Virus record (IMG/VR): IMGVR_UViG_3300044636_000374
Location: 1-58,944 of that record
DNA from: a virus
Taxonomy: Duplodnaviria; Caudoviricetes
Length of the DNA stretch: 58,944 nt
Strand: one strand, 5' to 3'
Part shown: piece by piece, positions 1 through 8,059 of the stretch
Position numbering within the stretch: position 1 is the first letter of the stretch
How the letters are laid out: each line of letters starts with the position of its first letter
Position numbers and translations under genes: made by a program
The notes under the pieces: generated by a model
The model's database searches: none
What the model was told of the DNA's origin: nothing
Seen by the model: the letters and a program-made list of their open reading frames with translations, nothing else

Positions 1-245
1 GCGGCAAACCAAGCCTAAAGCCTGTCGCCCAGTGGGTTTTTTTATTGGCTTGTCGCAACCGCCGGGGCCATAACCCAGCCCTCGACGAGGTAGATGCGAC
101 CGAATCGGATAAACGTGGCAAACCGGGTGGTACTTCAGTAGCGCAAGCGAACGGGGCCAGTTGCTCGGGGTGGAAGGGAAACCTGAAGCCAGCCTAGATA
201 AACGAGAGCATCGAGGTTTCACCCGTTTTTTTACGGGTGAGGTTC
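1..245 (+). other. Non-coding segment with extensive predicted base pairing (candidate structured RNA or origin element)
   Basis: Complementary pairs CAAGCC 10-15/GGCTTG 47-52, CCTCGA 80-85/TCGAGG 211-216, CTTCAG 133-138/CTGAAG 183-188, TGCTC 162-166/GAGCA 206-210; perfect hairpin TCACCCGT-T6-ACGGGTGA 219-240; no ORF in the track. Confidence 0.4.
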
Positions 246-373
246 TATTACACTTCAAAAGCACGGGATGTTTACAGTATCTACGGGACGTTGTAAGGGT
301 AGGCGGCTAGTCTCCTTGACGCTGATGGAGCCGCCGATTAGTTTTTGGTTAAGAGAATCTGCCAAGGGTTGTG

Positions 374-541
374 ATGCTAGAAGCTACCGAGTCCGCGATC
401 CGGGCGGCGTTGAGCTTGATGGAGGAGTTCCCCATCAGAGCTAAGTTTGCTAAAACGATAGTCGCTCTAAGACTAGCGTTAGAGGAGATAGAGCGTGAGA
501 GATTACAAGCAAGAGTACAAGACCCAACAAGAGCGAGGTGA
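374..541 (+). CDS. Small hypothetical protein (55 aa, MLEATESAIRAAL...)
   Basis: ORF read by hand; helical composition; overlaps the next gene. Confidence 0.4.
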   Translation: MLEATESAIRAALSLMEEFPIRAKFAKTIVALRLALEEIERERLQARVQDPTRAR

Positions 542-731
542 GCACGACAACCGGATGGAGAGGCAACGTGCTCGCCGGGCGTTAGATCAAAAAGGCGTTG
601 CCCGAAAGGGCAAAGATGTATCCCACGTTGTAGCGTTATCAAAAGGAGGAAGTAACAAAGACGGAGTAAAACTACAAGCACCGTCTAAGAACCGCAGCTT
701 TAAAAGAAACCGGGACGGTTCAATGCGGTAA
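495..731 (+). CDS. Small HNH-type endonuclease-like protein
   Basis: DVSH..ALSKGGSN...N motif resembles the small phage HNH family; GAGG upstream of GTG. Confidence 0.65.
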   Translation: MRDYKQEYKTQQERGEHDNRMERQRARRALDQKGVARKGKDVSHVVALSKGGSNKDGVKLQAPSKNRSFKRNRDGSMR

Positions 732-758
732 GGCGTAAGTAAGACTGAAGAGGCTTAA

Positions 759-2450
759 ATGATTCCGGAATTCTCTGGACAGACTGCCAGAGCTAAATGC
801 CCATTCTGCTCGGCAGAAAGAAAGAAAAAGAACTTAAAAGAACTATCACTTACCCGGCAACCAGATGGGGCAGTTCTGTACTACTGTCACCACTGTCTTG
901 CTAACGGGTCAGTGCAGACGGAAAAAACGGAAAAGACTGAAAAACAGGAGAGAAGCTTGTTAGCAGTTCCAGCAAAACAGATTCTCAATCAAGAACTAGA
1001 ACAGAGACACTACGACTACCTCGCCAAGCGAGGTATCTCAAAACACACCGCAGACAAACTAAAACTTTTCGCCAGCCGGAAGTACTTTCACAGGTTAGAA
1101 CGGGAAAGCGAATGTATAGGCTTTCCGTACTTCCGTGACGGTTCGTTAGTTTCTGCCAAGTACAGATCCATACCGGACAAGGACTTCACTCAAGAGTCAG
1201 GCGGTGCTCATGACTTCTTCGGGCTTAACCTTGTAGACCCTACTAAACCTCTAGTGATTGTGGAAGGTGAGATAGATTGTTTATCGGCTATCGAGGCAGG
1301 GATCGAGAACGTAGTAAGTGTCCCGGGTGGTGCTCCGCAACAGGTCAGTGCTGGCAAGGTCAGCCCGGCAGAAGACAAGAAGTTTGCTTTTGTCTGGAAC
1401 GCGAACGAGATCCTGTCGAAAGTACCGTATGTAGTGCTGGCGACCGATCAGGACGGACCCGGGCAGGCTCTAACGGAGGAGCTAGCTAGAAGGATCGGGA
1501 AAGATAAATGTCGCGTTTGTAAGTTCGATAAAAAGGATCTAAATGAAGTACTCACCAGTGAAACGTCATTGGACCCGAAAGAAGACGTACGAGAAATCGT
1601 ACGAGGTGCAACACCTTACCCAATCTCAGGACTTAGTGATGCAAGAGTTTTTGAGAACCGGCTTAATGACCTTTTCACCAAAGGTTCCGGATCGGGGTTC
1701 TCAACCGGGTATCCTTCGCTAGATAAAATCTACACCGTAGCGCCCGGGCAACTAACAGTCGTTACCGGTTACCCCTCATCCGGTAAGTCTAACTTTGTAG
1801 ATCAGTTGATGGTGAACCTCGCCCAATCGGCAGACTGGAAGTTCGCCCTGTGTTCGTTCGAGAACCCGCCAGAGATCCATATCGCTAGGTTGATGGAGAT
1901 CTACAGTAAAAAGCGCTTTTATTCAGGTCACAACCAGATGACCGGGCAGGAAAAGAAAGAAGCGTTTAACTTCGTACAAGAACACTTCCTATTCATAGAC
2001 ACTAACGGGGAAGAACCTAGCACCCTACAAAGCATTTTAGAAAGGGCTAAGTCTGCCGTACAGAGGATAGGAATCCGTGGACTTGTAATTGATCCTTACA
2101 ACTACATAGACCTCGACCGGGGAGCGAAGTCGGAGACAGAAGCTATATCAAACATGCTTACGCAGGTTCGTAAGTTCTGTATGGCGAACGATGTCCATAC
2201 ATGGTTCGTCGCTCACCCGTCTAAAATATCTAGGTCCGGGACGGACCAGCCTAGACCAGATGGCATGTCTATCTCAGGAAGTATGGCGTGGTGGGCAAAG
2301 ACAGACTGCGGTCTTACTGTCCACCGACAAGAGGATGTAGAGATAGCAGTCTGGAAGTGCAGGTTTAGATGGGTTGGCACTCAGGGAGAGACTTCCCTCA
2401 AGTACAACCCCATCAGCGGTACGTACGAAGAAAATCTAGACCGCTTCTGA
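759..2450 (+). CDS. DNA primase-helicase, Twinkle/T7 gp4-like
   Basis: Zn-binding CPFC...CHHC; TOPRIM IVEGEID and DQD; Walker A GYPSSGKS; SF4 helicase motifs IDPYN, VAHP, ISGS. Confidence 0.93.
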   Translation: MIPEFSGQTARAKCPFCSAERKKKNLKELSLTRQPDGAVLYYCHHCLANGSVQTEKTEKTEKQERSLLAVPAKQILNQELEQRHYDYLAKRGISKHTADKLKLFASRKYFHRLERESECIGFPYFRDGSLVSAKYRSIPDKDFTQESGGAHDFFGLNLVDPTKPLVIVEGEIDCLSAIEAGIENVVSVPGGAPQQVSAGKVSPAEDKKFAFVWNANEILSKVPYVVLATDQDGPGQALTEELARRIGKDKCRVCKFDKKDLNEVLTSETSLDPKEDVREIVRGATPYPISGLSDARVFENRLNDLFTKGSGSGFSTGYPSLDKIYTVAPGQLTVVTGYPSSGKSNFVDQLMVNLAQSADWKFALCSFENPPEIHIARLMEIYSKKRFYSGHNQMTGQEKKEAFNFVQEHFLFIDTNGEEPSTLQSILERAKSAVQRIGIRGLVIDPYNYIDLDRGAKSETEAISNMLTQVRKFCMANDVHTWFVAHPSKISRSGTDQPRPDGMSISGSMAWWAKTDCGLTVHRQEDVEIAVWKCRFRWVGTQGETSLKYNPISGTYEENLDRF

Positions 2451-2696
2451 CTTCCATTCACCTTTCAGCCAGCGCCGTAGATCTGCCACGCGGTAACTCC
2501 TAGTCCTGCCGATTACAACGGGGGGCGGCGCTACCCCCAGCTTGATCCATCGTCTTAAGGTTTGGCTCCCCACAAATACCAAGGGGGATGGATTCTTTTC
2601 ATGATTTACAACGTAGCACTCACGGAGTAAATGCGAGTCCCGCAGATGGTCAAACCAATCAGCCGCGTCAATATTGAACCGATTTACTTTAAGCAT
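2436..2696 (-). CDS. AlpA/excisionase-like HTH DNA-binding protein
   Basis: TLRRWIKLGVAPPPVVIGRTRSYRVADLRRW is typical of AlpA/Xis HTH; start moved to ATG 2696 (GGAG upstream). Confidence 0.7.
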   Translation of the reverse strand: MLKVNRFNIDAADWFDHLRDSHLLRECYVVNHEKNPSPLVFVGSQTLRRWIKLGVAPPPVVIGRTRSYRVADLRRWLKGEWKSEAV

Positions 2697-2938
2697 GGCA
2701 GGCTCCATAAAAAGTAGTGGAAGCCCAAAGATACGCAAACGGAAAGCGTGCTGCTTAACGCGACATTTTTATGACCCTACACCGCTGATACCAGTAGTCG
2801 CCCCTTGCGGGGCTTCTACCCCTCTGATTCTGCGCAAAAACGACACGAATACACCCCCCATCAGACCACGCCGGAAGCCCGAGGGTAAAGCGATTAGAGC
2901 GATTATTTTCTACGGCAAGGGGTAGGGTACTACGGGCG

Positions 2939-2962
2939 AAAAAAAACCGCCCTAAGGCGGTT
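2939..2962 (-). terminator. Intrinsic terminator of the leftward early operon
   Basis: Minus strand AACCGCC-TTAG-GGCGGTT followed by a T run, just downstream of the ORF ending at 2980. Confidence 0.75.
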
Positions 2963-2979
2963 AGATGGTCTGTCAGCGG

Positions 2980-3198
2980 TCATTGTCTAGCGCGGAACAG
3001 CGCTTCGTTTACGTTAGAGAACCTGCCTAGTGGTATAGGTATTTTCTCCCGGGTCTGTTTACAGACCTTGAACCCCCGTTCCCACTGGATGAAGGTTGAT
3101 CCGGGTGGAATTTCCTGAAGGGTGTTCACTAACTCTACGGGCGCGGGATAGATGGCTTTTAGGTACTCCGGGGTTTTGTCGGTGATAGCGTAAATCAC
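2980..3198 (-). CDS. Hypothetical early protein
   Basis: GTG start overlaps the stop of the upstream gene (GTGA). Confidence 0.55.
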   Translation of the reverse strand: MIYAITDKTPEYLKAIYPAPVELVNTLQEIPPGSTFIQWERGFKVCKQTREKIPIPLGRFSNVNEALFRARQ

Positions 3199-3512
3199 TG
3201 AATCACCCCGGCGGCCTTCATGGCGAGTCGCCAATACTTTGCCCGTCTGCCCGGGTTGCTCCGAGCGAAGTGCATTGATCGGTCAATCCATTCTCCGGTT
3301 CGATAGTCTTGTTCGATTTCCGTCATCATCCATTCATACACCTCCCCCCGGGCGGGGGAGCATGAAGGGGTGCTGTATTCCCTCATCAGCCGCACAAGTT
3401 CGCGGAAGGTAACGGTATCGGATCGGGTTGTAGATTCCCCATCCGGGCAATAATCATCTTCATCATCTTCCGGAGCGGGGTAAACAATTTCGCAAAATGT
3501 CACATTAATCAT
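3195..3512 (-). CDS. Hypothetical early protein
   Basis: ATGA coupling to the upstream ORF; GGAGG RBS. Confidence 0.7.
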   Translation of the reverse strand: MINVTFCEIVYPAPEDDEDDYCPDGESTTRSDTVTFRELVRLMREYSTPSCSPARGEVYEWMMTEIEQDYRTGEWIDRSMHFARSNPGRRAKYWRLAMKAAGVIQ

Positions 3513-3655
3513 AAATCCTCCGAATAATCTTCGAGGGCAGAAATAAGCCCGTCATAATCCTCAGACGGTCCCAATAAATCTGCCATCATGTAAACAATCC
3601 CGGGATCAATTCCGAAATCCTCTGCCAGTCCGTTTAGATATTCTTTTCTTTCCAT
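3509..3655 (-). CDS. Small acidic hypothetical protein (48 aa, MERKEYLNGLAEDFG...)
   Basis: ORF read by hand; GGAGG RBS; fills the gap between neighbours. Confidence 0.7.
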   Translation of the reverse strand: MERKEYLNGLAEDFGIDPGIVYMMADLLGPSEDYDGLISALEDYSEDL

Positions 3656-3658
3656 GTT

Positions 3659-3916
3659 TCACCCCTCCACCCGTTGAACGGTTGCTTTTCTTCCATGTTC
3701 CCGGCGAAGCAAGCGCATTCTGTCTGCCACTAGCTTGCGGAGTTTCAACGATTGAACCGCGCGGTGTTTCGGCAGAACCCTAAATTCTGCAATCGGGTGA
3801 TAGCCTGAAGTCGCCAGCGGTTTATCGGGATCAATATTGAACAAGCGAAGCAATTGATTCCAAGTTGTAACGTGAACCCTGTAAAGGGGGCGATTGATCC
3901 ATTCTTCGAAAGTCAT
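3659..3916 (-). CDS. Hypothetical early protein (MTFEEWINRP...)
   Basis: Start moved to ATG 3916, directly after the upstream stop. Confidence 0.55.
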   Translation of the reverse strand: MTFEEWINRPLYRVHVTTWNQLLRLFNIDPDKPLATSGYHPIAEFRVLPKHRAVQSLKLRKLVADRMRLLRREHGRKATVQRVEG

Positions 3917-3917
3917 C

Positions 3918-4163
3918 TCAAACCCCCAGCGGGTAACGGTTATCGATAAACACGAAAGCCTCGCCTGATTCATCTGGCAAGCCTCCCCGTGCAAGCTTCC
4001 CGGTCCACCCTTCCCGGCGAGCGAGGGCGAGGGCGGCGGCAGCGTGAGCATCATCGTCTGACCAATACGAAATGACGAGCGATTGAACCCCGGAAGCGGT
4101 AGCCTTTACCCGTGCGCCTAACCGGTCGGTTGCCGGTAGTTTTTTGGTGATAATCGCTTTCAT
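3918..4163 (-). CDS. Hypothetical phage protein (MKAIITKKLPATDRLGARVKA...)
   Basis: GGAGG RBS; tight packing with neighbours. Confidence 0.7.
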   Translation of the reverse strand: MKAIITKKLPATDRLGARVKATASGVQSLVISYWSDDDAHAAAALALARREGWTGKLARGGLPDESGEAFVFIDNRYPLGV

Positions 4164-4510
4164 TATTTACCCTCCATCAATTCCGTCAAAATATCAATTT
4201 CATCGCCTCGCTTGCTGGCAACGTAGCAGCGCATAGCTGCGATTAGGGGCGTGGACCCGCTTCCCATAATCAAACCGTTCGGCGTCGAGCAATCAGCCTT
4301 CCACAAAGAATCGTTGACGCAATGTAGATCAACCCATTCCCGCTCAATAATCGGCCCGCCTTGCGCCCAATTGGTTGACGGATTAAATCTGCCTCCCATG
4401 CTCATTAGAAAACAGCGGTTGATTCCGTCATCAACATAATCAACGGCTACCCCTTCACACTTTGCAACTGCCCAGTCAAGGGCAAGCCCGGTCAATTCTG
4501 AAGTTTTCAT
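4163..4510 (-). CDS. NinX/DUF2591-family phage protein
   Basis: LTGLALDWAVAK...FNPSTNWAQGGPIIERE...TPLIAAMRCYV signature. Confidence 0.8.
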   Translation of the reverse strand: MKTSELTGLALDWAVAKCEGVAVDYVDDGINRCFLMSMGGRFNPSTNWAQGGPIIEREWVDLHCVNDSLWKADCSTPNGLIMGSGSTPLIAAMRCYVASKRGDEIDILTELMEGK

Positions 4511-4704
4511 TATTTCCCCCCGCTGATAATGTGAAACCGTTCGAATAAATCACCGAAAGCAAACAAAAGCCGCTCGCGGTTTTGTTGATCTGCCCGGAAA
4601 TAAGCCTGTGCTATGCACATTGCAAAGCCTCCCCCTATTTTGTCCATTGTGTGCGCGGCTTGATGGATATCGGAGTGAGATAGATTAGGCGTCCGATCAA
4701 GCAT
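4510..4704 (-). CDS. Hypothetical phage protein
   Basis: GGGFA..IA.AYFRAD..N..RL motif; coupled to neighbours. Confidence 0.65.
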   Translation of the reverse strand: MLDRTPNLSHSDIHQAAHTMDKIGGGFAMCIAQAYFRADQQNRERLLFAFGDLFERFHIISGGK

Positions 4705-5458
4705 GATTCCTCCCGGCTTTCAGAATCTTTTCAGCGGCACCGAATATCCGCTGAGCGGTTTTGTCGGAAATAGCGGTATCCCGCGCCCAAGATTGAACAT
4801 AGCCCCGGGAGTCAGCAAGGCCCGGGAGGCCCAGCAAAGCGCAACAAATAAAGGCGACAGATTCGGCCTCCACTTCCCGGATATCTCGGGGAGTTCGCTC
4901 GGAGTCGTGCATTGCTGATTCTTCGGTATGCCCTAGGACGATATGCGCGAGTTCATGAAATCGAGTCTTATGGGGCAAAGCCGCTACCGGGTTGATAGCA
5001 ATCGTCCGGCCTGAAGCGTAGCCTTGACAGTTGCCATCAGATAAAGCGAAAGGGACTTCCGAGATATCAAGCGCGGAAAGTGCGAGGGATTTATCCCATT
5101 CAGGGATTACCCTTTCGTTCGCATAATCTGCCCCGTCTGTCTGCGATAAAACAAACCAATTATTCTTGAGCGCGAAAGTTTGAAAGATATCTGCCTCTTT
5201 GTTTTCTTTTTCTTTTTTAATTGTGATCGGCATTATCAGGGCGATTGCTTTCTCCCCTTTGCGCACTTGCCTCCCGAGTTCCGTCCAGCGTTTATAGGTT
5301 GCAATCGGGCCGAGTGGAATCTTCCGGCTAGCGCATTGACTCCACGCTAACAGTTGATTGCCTACCGAGTAATTGTGAAAGGCGGAATATGCTTCCGAGA
5401 TAATCCCGGGTGTTTTCAATACGTCATCCAACAAGCCTGACCAATTTGCTTTATCCAT
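4697..5458 (-). CDS. ArdC-like antirestriction/ssDNA-binding protein with C-terminal zincin metallopeptidase
   Basis: FHNYSVGNQLL...ATYKRWTELGRQVRKGEKA (ArdC N-domain) plus HELAH...EVEAES (HExxH + E). Confidence 0.82.
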   Translation of the reverse strand: MDKANWSGLLDDVLKTPGIISEAYSAFHNYSVGNQLLAWSQCASRKIPLGPIATYKRWTELGRQVRKGEKAIALIMPITIKKEKENKEADIFQTFALKNNWFVLSQTDGADYANERVIPEWDKSLALSALDISEVPFALSDGNCQGYASGRTIAINPVAALPHKTRFHELAHIVLGHTEESAMHDSERTPRDIREVEAESVAFICCALLGLPGLADSRGYVQSWARDTAISDKTAQRIFGAAEKILKAGRNHA

Positions 5459-5483
5459 GATTTTTCCTTCAGTTGTGTTTTAT

Positions 5484-5696
5484 TTAATGGGTGACAACTA
5501 CAGCAATCGGTGAATCAACATAGTTCAATCGCACGGTGTACCGTCCGAAACCCTCCCGTTTAACGATAAAGCGGCGAACCCCGGGAACAATCTCGGCGTT
5601 CCTGCAATATCGTAGATAAAAGGCGAGAAAAACCCGGGGTTCGGCGGTTGAAAACTGCGGGGTATCCGCAAAGTAAAACAAGCCAGCGGTTTTCAT
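5484..5696 (-). CDS. Hypothetical early protein
   Basis: ATG 5696 overlaps the upstream stop; GGAGG RBS. Confidence 0.55.
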   Translation of the reverse strand: MKTAGLFYFADTPQFSTAEPRVFLAFYLRYCRNAEIVPGVRRFIVKREGFGRYTVRLNYVDSPIAVVVTH

Positions 5697-5890
5697 GCTT
5701 CCCTCCGTGCGATAAATCTGCCGAAGCGAGAGTGAACAAAACCGACAGTCCCGCGCGGGTAACAAGCAAGCCAGTCCAGCGCATCCCGGAGATTGATAGC
5801 CCGGTGATAATAGGTTTCTGCCCCTTCGGTAACGGTTACGTGTAGCGGGTGAGTGATAAACCGGATCAGACGCTTAAACGGTTTCAACAT
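5693..5890 (-). CDS. Hypothetical early protein
   Basis: GAGG RBS; operon packing. Confidence 0.5.
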   Translation of the reverse strand: MLKPFKRLIRFITHPLHVTVTEGAETYYHRAINLRDALDWLACYPRGTVGFVHSRFGRFIARREA

Positions 5891-6083
5891 GAGTTTCCTC
5901 GATCAGTTGGGTTAGGCCAGCGATAACAGCGGGGAAAGGCGCGGAGCGCGGCAGACCCAATAGCTCCCGGGATATAGCGGCGGCAGACTTCCCTTTCCGT
6001 TTCATCCCTACGGATTCCAGCCGCACGGCGGCACGTAGAGTGACAAGGCGATACCGTTCAATCTGTTCGGGTGTAGTGAGCAT
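5874..6083 (-). CDS. Hypothetical early protein (MLTTPEQIERYRL...)
   Basis: Start moved to ATG 6083, right after the upstream stop. Confidence 0.6.
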   Translation of the reverse strand: MLTTPEQIERYRLVTLRAAVRLESVGMKRKGKSAAAISRELLGLPRSAPFPAVIAGLTQLIEETHVETV

Positions 6084-6084
6084 T

Positions 6085-6291
6085 TCATTCCCCTGCGAGA
6101 TAGGCGTTAACCCGTTCGGACCAAATATGCGGATTGATTTCAATTGACTCAAGAACTTCCGGATAAGTATCGACAAGGGACCGGAGCAAATAGATTGATT
6201 GTCTGCCTTCATCCAGCATGTCGTTACCGTATCGGTGAGCAACGAAAGCCGCGAGATTCTCGAAAGCAACTTCAAAGTTAATGGATTGCAT
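6085..6291 (-). CDS. Hypothetical early protein
   Basis: AAGGGG RBS; operon packing. Confidence 0.55.
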   Translation of the reverse strand: MQSINFEVAFENLAAFVAHRYGNDMLDEGRQSIYLLRSLVDTYPEVLESIEINPHIWSERVNAYLAGE

Positions 6292-6300
6292 GATTGCCCC

Positions 6301-6570
6301 TTATAGAGTGTTAGCAGCATCAAACAGCATTGATTGAATTTCGGGCATCAAGCACAGAGTGTGCTTTTTGATATGACCGTAGTCATAAGCCCTCATGACA
6401 TCTTCGGACCGAAGCGGTTCACCTTCAGACAATTCCGGGATTGACAGAAGAAAATCAATCCCCCGGTCTATGTCATACATAGCGACAGTTTCAGAATCGA
6501 GCCGGACTGCCGCAATACGCTGGCCCTTGTCGGTGTACAACCGACCAGTGTTGAACTTCAGAACCTTCAT
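6301..6570 (-). CDS. Hypothetical protein, first gene of the early operon
   Basis: FNTGRLYT.KGQRI motif; AAGGGG RBS; downstream of a sigma70 promoter. Confidence 0.7.
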   Translation of the reverse strand: MKVLKFNTGRLYTDKGQRIAAVRLDSETVAMYDIDRGIDFLLSIPELSEGEPLRSEDVMRAYDYGHIKKHTLCLMPEIQSMLFDAANTL

Positions 6571-6617
6571 CGCTTCCCCTTTCCCGGGTTACCCGGTAAA
6601 ACAAACTACAGGCAACC

Positions 6618-6646
6618 ATTACACCACAGTCTAAACAATAGTGCAA
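6618..6646 (-). promoter_or_regulatory. Sigma70-type promoter for the leftward early operon
   Basis: TTGCAC-N17-TGTAAT with an extended -10 TG. Confidence 0.65.
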
Positions 6647-6712
6647 GTGGACGGCTAGGGGCTAGCGCAAGGGGTGTTGATGACATATAGAACTATACGC
6701 GCGCCCGCGCGT

Positions 6713-6728
6713 AGCAAGGGCTATGCCA
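6713..6728 (-). promoter_or_regulatory. Sigma54 (-24/-12)-type site
   Basis: Minus strand TGGCATAGCCCTTGCT: GG-N10-GC spacing, close to consensus TGGCAC-N5-TTGCW. Confidence 0.55.
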
Positions 6729-6842
6729 TGAGCGTTCCGAAAAAGTGGAAACCGTCTAGGATCGACGAACGGGGAGCGGGTAAGGGGTAGACACCTGCCG
6801 AGGAAAAAACCGCTCAAATCGCGTTTAAAGCGGTTTTAGAAG

Positions 6843-6858
6843 CTGTCGGTTTATACAG
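6843..6858. promoter_or_regulatory. LexA (SOS) box
   Basis: CTGT-CGGTTTAT-ACAG matches CTGT-N8-ACAG. Confidence 0.6.
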
Positions 6859-6868
6859 TGTTTCGGGG

Positions 6869-6954
6869 TTATCCACAGAGTTATCCACAGGATGTCAACA
6901 GAATGTAGTTGCTAACAGCTTATCAACAGGCGCTTGTGGAAAGGTTGTGGATAA
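6869..6954. promoter_or_regulatory. Cluster of DnaA boxes
   Basis: TTATCCACA at 6869 and 6881, TGTGGATAA at 6946 (perfect); TTATCAACA at 6920 and TGTGGAAAG at 6935 (near-consensus). Confidence 0.8.
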
Positions 6955-7005
6955 GGTATAAGTGCGAACAATCTATTAAACCGGGATTGTTGATAGGTAA
7001 ACAAT

Positions 7006-7629
7006 ATGACCAATGGAAAAGCCAAGACCGATTATGTTCAGCTATTGGAAGCGGCGGGGGATGACGCCGAAGGCGAGGCAGACGAAAACTTGATAGAGGA
7101 ACGTCTAAAGGCACTGGGTCTTGAAACCGGAGAGGCAGAACAACTAGCAGCAGCAGCTAATCCACCAAGACAGAGAAACGACGGTCAAGTAGTAGGGATA
7201 GGAACAAAACCCAAGGCACCGTTAAACCAGAATCAATACCTATTCGCTCAAGGTCTGATAGAGGGGAAATCCAAGCGTCAGGCATACAGGGAAGCTTACC
7301 CGGACTGCAAGTCCTCAGACCAGACCGTGAGCGTAGCGGCACACAAACTGGCCAAAGACCCGAGAGTCGCAAAGCTAGTAGAGGAAGGCTGGAGCGAGAC
7401 AACGGAAGCACTGTCGGATGATCTACAGGCGACCAAGCGATATGTCATGAGATCACTGGTTGCTCTAAGCAAAGCCGGAAAGCAGGAAGGAAGCCGCCTC
7501 AAGGCTCTCGAACTACTAGGCCGACACGCTGGAATGTGGATACCAGAGAAAACCGCGCCGGAACAACCAGTGACAGCGGAGCAATTGCGGAAGGAGTTGA
7601 CGGCGCATCTGAAGCTGGTCGGGAAGTGA
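7006..7629 (+). CDS. terS: Terminase small subunit
   Basis: HTH LNQNQYLFAQGLIEGKSKRQAYREAY..AAHKLAKDPRV and KALELLGRHAGMW; upstream of TerL. Confidence 0.75.
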   Translation: MTNGKAKTDYVQLLEAAGDDAEGEADENLIEERLKALGLETGEAEQLAAAANPPRQRNDGQVVGIGTKPKAPLNQNQYLFAQGLIEGKSKRQAYREAYPDCKSSDQTVSVAAHKLAKDPRVAKLVEEGWSETTEALSDDLQATKRYVMRSLVALSKAGKQEGSRLKALELLGRHAGMWIPEKTAPEQPVTAEQLRKELTAHLKLVGK

Positions 7630-7807
7630 AACCCACCGTACCCGGACCCCCATGTGTGCGCAACGACCACCCGTTATGCGGTTACGCTCTAATCCACTCT
7701 CCCAATTACCTCTCCATCAATAGCAGACACCCCCCCTTATCTCCCCAATCGCCAACCCCCCGGGGGTATATATAAATTTTAGAAACATTTGTGCGAACAA
7801 TTAAGTT

Positions 7808-8059
7808 ATGTCAAGAACGAAGGCGAAGATGACGGAGAGGTGGGATCTGGTGTTACGTTTTATAAAGGCGTACATCAAGATCCACGGTGTAGGTCCGTCT
7901 TACGAAGTATTAGCTAGTGGGTTAGGGATGAGGTCTAGGTCTAATATGCACAGGATGGTGAAGAGGATGAAGGAGGAAGGTTTATTGGATACGAGACCGA
8001 GGAAGTTCTTGTCTATAAAGGTGGTAGATAGGTCTGTTAAGGAAATCAGCAAGTTATGA
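7808..8059 (+). CDS. LexA-like N-terminal winged-HTH protein without peptidase domain
   Basis: TERWDLVLRFIKAYIKIHGVGPSYEVLASGLGMRSRSNMHRMVKRMKEEGLL parallels the LexA DNA-binding domain; ATGA overlap with terL. Confidence 0.75.
   Translation: MSRTKAKMTERWDLVLRFIKAYIKIHGVGPSYEVLASGLGMRSRSNMHRMVKRMKEEGLLDTRPRKFLSIKVVDRSVKEISKL

Noticed and set aside
2920-2927. KOPS-like GGGTAGGG
   Set aside because: A single short match expected by chance; no oriented series noticed.
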